Source of the DNA: Candidatus Saccharimonadota bacterium
Lineage (GTDB): Bacteria > Bacteroidota > Bacteroidia > Flavobacteriales > Blattabacteriaceae
Direction: 5' to 3'
NCBI RefSeq assembly: GCF_014252415.1
Contig: NZ_CP059223.1
Span: forward strand, 450,001 to 482,000
DNA: 32,000 nt
Numbering within the stretch: position 1 is the stretch's first letter; the number at the start of each line of letters is the position of its first letter. Below the pieces are notes generated by a model. That model searched no databases and was not told the DNA's origin. It saw only the letters and a list, made by a program, of their open reading frames with translations. Below, one piece after another: positions 20,076 to 28,201 of the stretch. Position numbers and translations under genes: made by a program.

Positions 20076-20873
20076 ATGAATAATCCGATTTATATAAAAG
20101 ATAATTATAAATTTTTTAGTTCAAAAAATTCTAAAAATTTTACAATTGTAATGATTCATGGATTCATGGGGAGCTCAAAAATATGGGAACCTATATATAA
20201 TGTCCTTTATAAAAAATTTAGGATCATTTTAATAGATGTACCTGGTCATGGATATAGTACATTTTTTAAAAAAAATATATTAACGATGGAATATATTGCT
20301 GATTTAATTATAAAATATGTACTAAAAAAAAATAATATAGAAAATGCTATTTTTTTTGGTCATTCTATGGGAGGTTATATTTCTTTAGCTATCGCAGAAA
20401 AAGTACCTAAATTATTTTTAGGATTATGTTTACTTCATTCTACTACGAAATCTGATACTATTGAAAAACAAAAAATTCGTATTAATTCAATTAAACTTAT
20501 AAAAAATAATTATAATAATTTTGTAATAAAAACTATTAAAAAATGGTTTAATCCCAATAAAATTTATTTATTAAAAAATGAGATTAATTTTACTAAAAAA
20601 ATAGCTTTATTAAATTATAATCAAGGAATTATATCTACTTTGATGGGAATAGCATTTAGAAAAGAAAGAAGTTTTCTTTTAAAGAAATATTCATTTCCTA
20701 AATTATATATAATGGGGAAATATGATTTAATTTTAAATAAAAAAGAAATATATGAAGAAGTTAGTAAAGGAATTAATACCAATATTATAGAAATACCTAC
20801 TGGACATATGGGGCATGTAGAATCCCCCAAAAGAGTTATAAGTATACTAGAAAAATTTATATATTCAGTATAA
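20076..20873 (+). CDS. Alpha/beta-fold hydrolase (possibly MenH-like)
   Basis: 265-aa ORF with an HGFMGS oxyanion region, the nucleophile elbow GHSMGG, and a C-terminal GHMGHVE catalytic His region. The specific substrate cannot be assigned from sequence alone. Confidence 0.75.
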   Translation: MNNPIYIKDNYKFFSSKNSKNFTIVMIHGFMGSSKIWEPIYNVLYKKFRIILIDVPGHGYSTFFKKNILTMEYIADLIIKYVLKKNNIENAIFFGHSMGGYISLAIAEKVPKLFLGLCLLHSTTKSDTIEKQKIRINSIKLIKNNYNNFVIKTIKKWFNPNKIYLLKNEINFTKKIALLNYNQGIISTLMGIAFRKERSFLLKKYSFPKLYIMGKYDLILNKKEIYEEVSKGINTNIIEIPTGHMGHVESPKRVISILEKFIYSV

Positions 20874-20877
20874 ATCT

Positions 20878-21492
20878 ATGATATATAATAAAAAATATAT
20901 TAGAAAAATTTATTTGTTTAATAGAATAAATCATTTTTCAAAAAATGATATTTATAATATGAGTTATGAAATTTTTTATAGATTAAAAAAAATTTCTATT
21001 TGGGAAAAAAATATTTTCCATATTTTTTTATCTATAGAAAAATTAAATGAAGTCAATACATTTATGATTGTTCATCATCTTTTAAAAAAAAGAAAAATTA
21101 TTACTATTCCTCATACAAATTTTAAAAATTTTTATATTAATAATTGTATTCTTGAAAAGAATACAATTTTAATAAAAAATAAATATGGAATATTAGAACC
21201 ATATTATAAAAAATTAATGAATCCTATATTTATTGATGTTATATTTTTACCATTAATAATTTTTGATCATAAAGGTTATAGGGTAGGTTACGGAAAAGGT
21301 TTTTATGATAAATTTATTTTTTTATGTAAAAAAAATATTATTAAAATAGGATTAAGTTTTTTTAATCCTATAGAAATAATATATGATATAAATGATAATG
21401 ATTTAAATTTAGATTTAGGAATAACTCCTTATAATACATTTTTTTTTAATAAAAAATTAATTAAAAAAAAATTTAAAAATATCCCAAACTAA
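20878..21492 (+). CDS. 5-formyltetrahydrofolate cyclo-ligase
   Basis: 204-aa ORF with the family motif GYRVGYGKGFYDKF and the upstream ILEP segment. The C-terminal roughly 20 aa extend into rseP on the opposite strand. Confidence 0.8.
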   Translation: MIYNKKYIRKIYLFNRINHFSKNDIYNMSYEIFYRLKKISIWEKNIFHIFLSIEKLNEVNTFMIVHHLLKKRKIITIPHTNFKNFYINNCILEKNTILIKNKYGILEPYYKKLMNPIFIDVIFLPLIIFDHKGYRVGYGKGFYDKFIFLCKKNIIKIGLSFFNPIEIIYDINDNDLNLDLGITPYNTFFFNKKLIKKKFKNIPN

Positions 21493-22764
21493 AACAATGA
21501 TCATTAAAAAACTAATTATTAAAAATCCAATATTGGTGACACGTTTTAATATTATTTCACTATATTTTTTACCTATAATCATTTCTAGTAAAATAAAAAC
21601 TATATAACCACCATCTAATGATGGAATTGGAAGAAAATTTATAAATGCTAACCAAATAGATAAAGTTGCAGTTATATTCCAAAATATATACCAATTCCAT
21701 GTATTTGGAAATTCCTTAGCTATAGAAAAAAAACTTCCTATTTGTTTATAAGCTTTAGTATTTAAATCAAAAATATTTTTAAAAAATGATATTTGATTTT
21801 TTAATATAATCCATGATTTTATAAAACTATGTAAAAAACTATTAATTATAGAATAATTTTTTTTTTCGATAGAGAAAATTTTATGAATTCCTAAAAAATT
21901 TTTTAAATGAACTCCAATAATATTTTTATAATTAAATGGAATTGTTTTTTTAATAAAATTTCCATTTCGATTAATACCTATTACAATATTTTTACCTTTA
22001 TTATTATCAATAATATTTCGTAATTGATCTCGAAACATAATGGGATAATAATTAATAGTTAGTATTTCATCATTTGAATATAATTTATATTTATCTGCAT
22101 AAGATTTTTTTATAACTTTATCTATAATAGGAGGTACTCTAGGTTGTAAAAATAAACTTAATTTACTTTCGTTAAAGAAAAATTTTTTTTTATCATATAA
22201 TAAAAGATTAATAACCTTTCCATTTCTATTTATAACTATTGTATCACCTAATAAAATTAATCTTGTAAGATTATTAAAATAATAACATGGTTCATTATTA
22301 ATAGATAATATTTTATCTCCATTTTTTAATCCTATTTTATATCCTATATTATTTACTTCAATTCCATATGGAACATTTTTTATTGGTAAATTAGACTCTC
22401 CATATTTAAATGTTAATAATGAAAATATAATAATGGATAAAAAAATATTAAAAATTATTCCTCCTGAAATTATTAAAAATTTTTTTATTGGTGACTTAGA
22501 TCTAAATTCCCATTTTTTAAGTGGAATTTCTTTTTCATCATTAACCATACCAGATATTTTTATATAACCACCTAACGGAATCCATCCTATTCCATAAATA
22601 GTTTTACCTATTTTTTTTTTTATAATAGAAAACCATGGATTAAAAAATAAAAAAAATTTTTCAACTCTAACTTTGAATAAAATAGAGAAAATAAAATGAC
22701 CTAATTCATGAATGATAATTAGTATTGATATACTAAAAATTAATTGTATAAAACGTTCAAACAT
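21457..22764 (-). CDS. rseP: RIP (site-2) zinc metalloprotease RseP
   Basis: 435-aa multi-TM ORF. It has the HELGH zinc motif near the N-terminus, a central PDZ-like region, and the C-terminal NFLPIPSLDGG motif. Confidence 0.9.
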   Translation of the reverse strand: MFERFIQLIFSISILIIIHELGHFIFSILFKVRVEKFFLFFNPWFSIIKKKIGKTIYGIGWIPLGGYIKISGMVNDEKEIPLKKWEFRSKSPIKKFLIISGGIIFNIFLSIIIFSLLTFKYGESNLPIKNVPYGIEVNNIGYKIGLKNGDKILSINNEPCYYFNNLTRLILLGDTIVINRNGKVINLLLYDKKKFFFNESKLSLFLQPRVPPIIDKVIKKSYADKYKLYSNDEILTINYYPIMFRDQLRNIIDNNKGKNIVIGINRNGNFIKKTIPFNYKNIIGVHLKNFLGIHKIFSIEKKNYSIINSFLHSFIKSWIILKNQISFFKNIFDLNTKAYKQIGSFFSIAKEFPNTWNWYIFWNITATLSIWLAFINFLPIPSLDGGYIVFILLEMIIGKKYSEIILKRVTNIGFLIISFLMIIVLVWDIFKFFFN

Positions 22765-22868
22765 AGATAGTATTATCCATAAATTATTTTAGATAAATTT
22801 TTAAAATATTTTTTATTGCTAATTATTCTTTATTTTATATATGATATAACTGAAATATACAAAAAATT

Positions 22869-23090
22869 TTGAATTTATCTGATCTAAAAAAAGGAAAAAA
22901 AGGTATTATTAAAGGATATAAAAACGATAATTTTCCTATAAAATTATTAGAATTAGGAATTTTACCTGGAGTAGAATTTGAAATAGTTTTTGTGTCAATT
23001 TTTTGTGATCCACTATGTATTAGTTATAATCAATCTTGTTTAGCATTAAGAAAAAAAGAAGCAGAAAATATATTAATTGAACCTATATGA
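22869..23090 (+). CDS. feoA: Ferrous iron transport protein A
   Basis: 73-aa SH3-like FeoA (LSDLKKGKKGIIKGY...LLELGILPGVEFEIV) directly upstream of feoB. The start is TTG. There is no in-frame ATG anywhere in the ORF. Confidence 0.85.
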   Translation: MNLSDLKKGKKGIIKGYKNDNFPIKLLELGILPGVEFEIVFVSIFCDPLCISYNQSCLALRKKEAENILIEPI

Positions 23091-23120
23091 TATGATTTAA
23101 TTTATTTATATCATTAGATT

Positions 23121-25172
23121 ATGAATAAAAATAAAGTTATTAAACTAGCTCTAGTAGGAAATCCTAATGTTGGAAAAACATCTTTATTCAATAAACTTAC
23201 TGGTCTAAATCAAAAAATAGGAAATTATACAGGAGTAACAGTTGATAAAAAAATTGGTTTTTTCCATCATAAAGAAAATTACTATCAGATAATAGATTTA
23301 CCTGGAACGTATAGTATTTATCCTTCATCTGAAGATGAAGAAATAATTATGAGATTACTATTAAATAAAAAAAGTACAGATTATCCAGATAAAATCATTG
23401 TTGTAGCTGATTCTTCTAACATAAAAAAAAGTTTGTTTTTATTAAGACAAATACAAGACTTAGGATTTCCAGTGTTATTTGTGTTAAATATGATAGATGA
23501 AGCAAAAAAAAATGGAATATTAATAAATATAAAAAAAATAAAAAAATTACTTTTTACAGATGTTGTTTCAGTTAATGCAAGAAAAGGACATGGATTAAAT
23601 ATTTTAAAATATAAATTAGAAAATCATCAAATAAATAAAAAAAAATTTTTTTTTAATCCAGAATCCTATTATTTTTCTGCTATAAAAGAAATAAAAAAAA
23701 ATTTTTTAATTAATTCTTATCAATCTTGGTATTATTTATCGTCTAATAAAATTTTTAATTTTCAATCAAATTATAAAAATATTATAATAAAAAAAATTAA
23801 AAAAAAATATGGAATCATTTCTAGAAGATTACAAATAAAAGAAACTATAGTAAGATATGAAGAAATTAATAAAATTTATTCTAATACAATTTATCATATA
23901 AAAAAAAATAATTCAAATTTTTCTAGAAAAATTGATGATATTCTAATTATACATCCAATATTTGGATATATAACATTTTTTTTTATTTTATTTTTTATTT
24001 TTCAGTGTATATTTTTTTGGGCAGAACTTCCAAAAAATTACATAGAGTTTTTTTTTTCATTCTTTCAAAAAAAAATAGAAAATATTTATCATGGTCCATT
24101 AAGCAATTTTTTATCACAAGGAATAATACCTGGAATAATAACTGTTCTTACTTTTGTTCCACAGATTTCTATTCTTTTATTTTTTTTATTCCTTATGGAA
24201 GAAAGTGGTTATATAAATAGAGTAGTTTTTTTAATGGATAAAATTATGCGTCCTTTTGGATTAAATGGGAAAAGTATTGTTCCAATGATTTCTAGTATTG
24301 CATGTGCAATTCCTGCTATCATATCATCTAGACATATAGAAAATTATAGAGATCGTTTGATAACAATATTAATAACTCCTTTTATCGCTTGTTCTGCAAG
24401 ATTACCTGTTTATATATTAATAATTTCTTTAATCATACCCAATAAAAAATGGTATATTTTTCAATTAAGAGGACTAATGTTGATGATGATGTATTTAATA
24501 GGAATTATATCAGCTTTTATTGTAGCTATGATTTTAAATAAAATTCTAAAAAAAAATTATAATAGCCATTTAATTATAGAAATTCCAACTTATAAAGTTC
24601 CTATATTAAAAAATATATTTATAAATATATGGATACATATTAAATCATTTATTTTTAATACAGGAAAAATAATATTATTAACAAATATAATAATTTGGGT
24701 ATTAGGATCATACGGACCAAATAAAAAAAATATCTTTTCTATAAAAGAACAAAAACTTAATAAATCTTATCTTGGTTTATTAGGAAAAAAAATTGAACCT
24801 ATTATTCATCCATTAGGATATGATTGGAAAATAGGAATTGGATTATTATCATCCTTTGTAGCAAGAGAAGTTTTTGTTAGCACTATGAACTCTCTATATA
24901 AAATAGAACATCAAAAAAAAGAAGATTTAAATGAGAAAATGAAAAAAGATCTTAATAAAGATACAAAAAAACCAATTTATAATTTTTCAACAGGTTTATC
25001 TCTATTATCTTTTTATACATTTTCTATGCAATGTACAAGTACTTTATTTATTATTAAAAAAGAAACTAAATCATGGATTTTCCCTACATTTCAATTTATT
25101 TTTATGACAATATTGTCATATATAACATCGTTTTTAATATATCAAACATTAAATATATGTGGGAACATATAA
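23121..25172 (+). CDS. feoB: Ferrous iron transport protein B
   Basis: 683-aa ORF. It has an N-terminal G-domain (GNPNVGKTSLFN, DLPGTYS, NMID) followed by the polytopic membrane domain with gate motifs. Confidence 0.95.
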   Translation: MNKNKVIKLALVGNPNVGKTSLFNKLTGLNQKIGNYTGVTVDKKIGFFHHKENYYQIIDLPGTYSIYPSSEDEEIIMRLLLNKKSTDYPDKIIVVADSSNIKKSLFLLRQIQDLGFPVLFVLNMIDEAKKNGILINIKKIKKLLFTDVVSVNARKGHGLNILKYKLENHQINKKKFFFNPESYYFSAIKEIKKNFLINSYQSWYYLSSNKIFNFQSNYKNIIIKKIKKKYGIISRRLQIKETIVRYEEINKIYSNTIYHIKKNNSNFSRKIDDILIIHPIFGYITFFFILFFIFQCIFFWAELPKNYIEFFFSFFQKKIENIYHGPLSNFLSQGIIPGIITVLTFVPQISILLFFLFLMEESGYINRVVFLMDKIMRPFGLNGKSIVPMISSIACAIPAIISSRHIENYRDRLITILITPFIACSARLPVYILIISLIIPNKKWYIFQLRGLMLMMMYLIGIISAFIVAMILNKILKKNYNSHLIIEIPTYKVPILKNIFINIWIHIKSFIFNTGKIILLTNIIIWVLGSYGPNKKNIFSIKEQKLNKSYLGLLGKKIEPIIHPLGYDWKIGIGLLSSFVAREVFVSTMNSLYKIEHQKKEDLNEKMKKDLNKDTKKPIYNFSTGLSLLSFYTFSMQCTSTLFIIKKETKSWIFPTFQFIFMTILSYITSFLIYQTLNICGNI

Positions 25173-25279
25173 TTATACTTATTATTTTTATAATTTCTAT
25201 CTTAATTCTTTTAAAGAATGCATTATTAAATAATAAAAAAAAATTTGTTTGTAAAAAACAATGTATATGTAAAAAATAA
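25157..25279 (+). CDS. FeoB-associated Cys-rich small membrane protein (candidate)
   Basis: The supplied ORF 25073..25279 is mostly an out-of-frame overlap with feoB. From the ATG at 25157 it gives 40 aa: one TM helix (IIILIIFIISILILL) plus a basic Cys-rich tail (KKKFVCKKQCICKK). That is the architecture of the small protein commonly found just 3' of feoB in Bacteroidota. It overlaps the feoB end by 16 nt. Confidence 0.55.
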   Translation: MWEHIIILIIFIISILILLKNALLNNKKKFVCKKQCICKK

Positions 25280-25292
25280 TTTTAATTATATT

Positions 25293-26264
25293 TTACTTGA
25301 TACATGATTCTATAACATTGTGAAAAAAATCTGGTAAGGATAACCCTGCAGATTTTAATTGTTTAGGAAAAATACTTTCTTTTGAAAATCCAGGTATTGT
25401 ATTAATTTCTAAAAAAAATGGGGTTTTATCTACAACAATATATTCTGCTCTAGACATACCAGATAAATTTAAAATTTCATATACTTTTTTAGCAATTTTT
25501 ATAATATTATTTTCAATCTCAAATGATAATTTTGCTGGAGTTATTTCTTGAGATTTTCCAGAATATTTTGATTGAAAATCAAAAAAATCGTTTTGACTAA
25601 TTATTTCTGTTATAGGTAAAACTTTAATTTCATTATTAAATGAATATACTCCAACTGATACTTCTTTCCCTTTTAAAAAAGATTCAATTATAATTTCTTT
25701 ATCTAATCGAAAAGCTTTTTCTAATGCAGAATCTAACTCATTTTTTTTATTAATTTTACTTATTCCTAAACTAGATCCAGATTTACTAGGTTTTACAAAA
25801 CAAGGAATTCCTATTTTATCTAAAATATTTTTTTTACAAAAATTCTGATTTTTATTTATAAAAAGATAATTAGGGACATTTATCCCAAAATCTTTTAAAA
25901 ATGGTAAACAATATTTTTTATTAAATGTTATATTAGAATGATAAAAATCACAACCAGTATATGGAATTTTTAATAAATCAAAATAAGCTTGTAAAATTCC
26001 ATCCTCACCAGGAGTACCATGTATAGCAATAAATACACAGTCAAAAATTAATTTGCAATTGTCTATGATTACAGAAAAATCATCTTTATTTATTGAATAT
26101 TCATGATTTTCATCTATTTTTACTACCCATTTTTCTTTTGAAATATGAACTTCATATGGATCATATCTTTTTTTGCATAAATTTTTAAAAATGAATTTAC
26201 CACTTTTTAATGAAATAGATGATTCACCTGAAAAACCTCCCATTACAATAGCTATTTTTTTCAT
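25293..26264 (-). CDS. ddl: D-alanine--D-alanine ligase
   Basis: 323-aa ATP-grasp ORF. Motifs: MGGFSGESSISLKSG, HGTPGEDGILQ, FVKPSKSGSSLGISK, and the C-terminal EINTIPG. Confidence 0.93.
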   Translation of the reverse strand: MKKIAIVMGGFSGESSISLKSGKFIFKNLCKKRYDPYEVHISKEKWVVKIDENHEYSINKDDFSVIIDNCKLIFDCVFIAIHGTPGEDGILQAYFDLLKIPYTGCDFYHSNITFNKKYCLPFLKDFGINVPNYLFINKNQNFCKKNILDKIGIPCFVKPSKSGSSLGISKINKKNELDSALEKAFRLDKEIIIESFLKGKEVSVGVYSFNNEIKVLPITEIISQNDFFDFQSKYSGKSQEITPAKLSFEIENNIIKIAKKVYEILNLSGMSRAEYIVVDKTPFFLEINTIPGFSKESIFPKQLKSAGLSLPDFFHNVIESCIK

Positions 26265-26342
26265 TATTTACATGTTTTCAAAAAATATAATAATAAAATT
26301 AAAATTATTATTGGTATTTTATTAAGTATTTATAAATTTTCT

Positions 26343-28175
26343 ATGGTGAAAATAAAATATTTATTTATTATAATAATCAATATACTATTTTCCATATTTT
26401 TAGTACATAAAATATCACAGATAACATTTAGGTGGATTGATTCTTACACTAAACATGGAATTTATGTAATTGTACCAAACCTACAGTATTTAACTCTTTC
26501 AAAATCTATATCTATAATAGAAAAATTAGGTTTAAAATATAATATAAAAAATATTTATAAAAATGAAATTAAGTCATTTAATAAACATAAAGTTATATAT
26601 ATATATCCTAAATATGGATCTTGTGTAAAAAAAGGGAGATGTATTTTTATATGGATCAATTATAATTCTAAAGAATTATTTAAACCTGTCTTACCAAATA
26701 TTTTAAATAAAACAGAATCCACAGCTATAGATATTCTCAATAAAAATCATATTCTAATTAAAAAAATTAAATATCACAAAGTAAAAAATAATAATAGAAA
26801 TAATATAGTATTAAAAGTTATTTACAAAAATCAAGTAATCAATCATGGATATTTATTCCCTTTTTATAAAAATTATATTACTTTAATAATAGGAAAAATA
26901 GATAATAATCTTACACCTATTCCTAATGTAATTGGAATGACTACAAATCATGCAATTCCTATTTTTATAGAAAAAAAATTAAAAAAAATTATTTATCATG
27001 TTGATAATAAAATATATACTATATTTATTAATAACGTATGGAATAATAATATTTTTAATAAATATAAAAATAAAAAAATTTATAAACAATATCATTATAA
27101 TGAAATTATTCACATATGGATTAAATCAAAAAAAAATACGATTGATAAAAATGATATAGATCATAAAACTGAAAAAAATACGATTGATAAAAATGATATA
27201 GATCATAAAATTGAAAAAAATACGATTGATAAAAATGATATAGATCATAAAATTGAAAAAAATACGATTGATAAAAATGATATAGATAACAATATAATTC
27301 ATAGAAAATTTTTAGGAAATACAAAGAACAAATCGCAAGGGAATACAAAGAATAAAACGCAAGGAAATACAAAAAACAAATCGCAAGGAAGTATAAAGAA
27401 TCAATCACAAGGAAATACAAAGAATAAAACACAAGGAAATACAAAGAATAAAACGCAAGGAAATACAAAGAATAAAACGCAAGGGAATACAAAGAATAAA
27501 GCGCAAGGAAATACAAAGAATAAAACGCAAGGGAATACAAAGAATAAAGCGCAAGGAAATACAAAGAATAAAGCGCAAGGAAGTATAAAAAATCAATCAC
27601 AAGGAAATACAAAGAATAAAACGCAAGGAAATACAAAGAATAAAACGCAAGGGAATACAAAGAATAAAGCGCAAGGAAGTATAAAAAATCAATCACAAGG
27701 AAATACAAAGAATAAAACGCAAGGGAATACAAAGAATAAAACGCAAGGAAATACAAAGAATAAAGCGCAAGGAAGTATAAAGAATCAATCACAAGGAAAT
27801 ACAAAGAATAAAGCGCAAAGAAGTATAAAGAATCAATCACAAGCACAAGGAAATACAAAGAACAAATCGCAAGGGATCATCAATAATAAAACGCAAGGAA
27901 ATACAAAGAACAAATCGCAAGGAAATACAAAGAACAAATCGCAAGGAAATACAAAGAATAAAACGAAAGGAAGTATAAAGAACAAATCGCAAGGGAATAT
28001 AAAGAATAAAACACAAGGAAATACAAAGAATAAAACACAAGGAAATACAAAGAATAAAACGCAAGGGAATATAAAGAATAAAACACAAGGAAATACAAAG
28101 AATAAAACGAAAGGAAGTATAAAGAATAAAGCGAAAGGGAGTACAAAAAAATCAAAACCATATAGTTTATGCTAA
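26343..28175 (+). CDS. PASTA-domain membrane protein with a long tandem-repeat C-terminal extension
   Basis: It has an N-terminal TM anchor (YLFIIIINILFSIFLV) followed by three PASTA-like modules, each beginning xxVPN/LPN/IPN. Its position between ddl and rluD matches Flavobacteriia. Residues from about 264 to 605 are two in-frame tandem-repeat arrays that the normally much shorter family members lack, as far as I recall. Confidence 0.8.
   Translation: MVKIKYLFIIIINILFSIFLVHKISQITFRWIDSYTKHGIYVIVPNLQYLTLSKSISIIEKLGLKYNIKNIYKNEIKSFNKHKVIYIYPKYGSCVKKGRCIFIWINYNSKELFKPVLPNILNKTESTAIDILNKNHILIKKIKYHKVKNNNRNNIVLKVIYKNQVINHGYLFPFYKNYITLIIGKIDNNLTPIPNVIGMTTNHAIPIFIEKKLKKIIYHVDNKIYTIFINNVWNNNIFNKYKNKKIYKQYHYNEIIHIWIKSKKNTIDKNDIDHKTEKNTIDKNDIDHKIEKNTIDKNDIDHKIEKNTIDKNDIDNNIIHRKFLGNTKNKSQGNTKNKTQGNTKNKSQGSIKNQSQGNTKNKTQGNTKNKTQGNTKNKTQGNTKNKAQGNTKNKTQGNTKNKAQGNTKNKAQGSIKNQSQGNTKNKTQGNTKNKTQGNTKNKAQGSIKNQSQGNTKNKTQGNTKNKTQGNTKNKAQGSIKNQSQGNTKNKAQRSIKNQSQAQGNTKNKSQGIINNKTQGNTKNKSQGNTKNKSQGNTKNKTKGSIKNKSQGNIKNKTQGNTKNKTQGNTKNKTQGNIKNKTQGNTKNKTKGSIKNKAKGSTKKSKPYSLC
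27132..27290 (+). repeat. 42-bp tandem repeat, ~3.8 copies, encoding KNTIDKNDIDHK[T/I]E
   Basis: Units lie at 27132..27173, 27174..27215 and 27216..27257, with a degenerating fourth copy. The three full units differ by a single nucleotide (act vs att). Confidence 0.95.
27315..28157 (+). repeat. 24-bp tandem repeat, ~34 copies plus a partial copy, encoding GNTKNK[T/A/S]Q with an interspersed GSIKNQSQ variant
   Basis: Counted by hand from the DNA and the translation. The consensus unit is caaggaaatacaaagaataaaacg. A higher-order ~96-bp (4-unit) pattern T-T-A-X recurs. The single 6-bp insertion (gcacaa, 27843..27848) preserves the reading frame. Confidence 0.95.
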
Positions 28176-28201
28176 GGAAATAATAAAATATTAATATAAA
28201 A

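Noticed and set aside
27315-28157. Possible CRISPR array, given the many short direct repeats.
   Set aside because: The units are directly contiguous with no unique spacers, the period is 24 bp, no cas genes are present, and the array lies inside an ORF. It is a coding minisatellite, not a CRISPR array.
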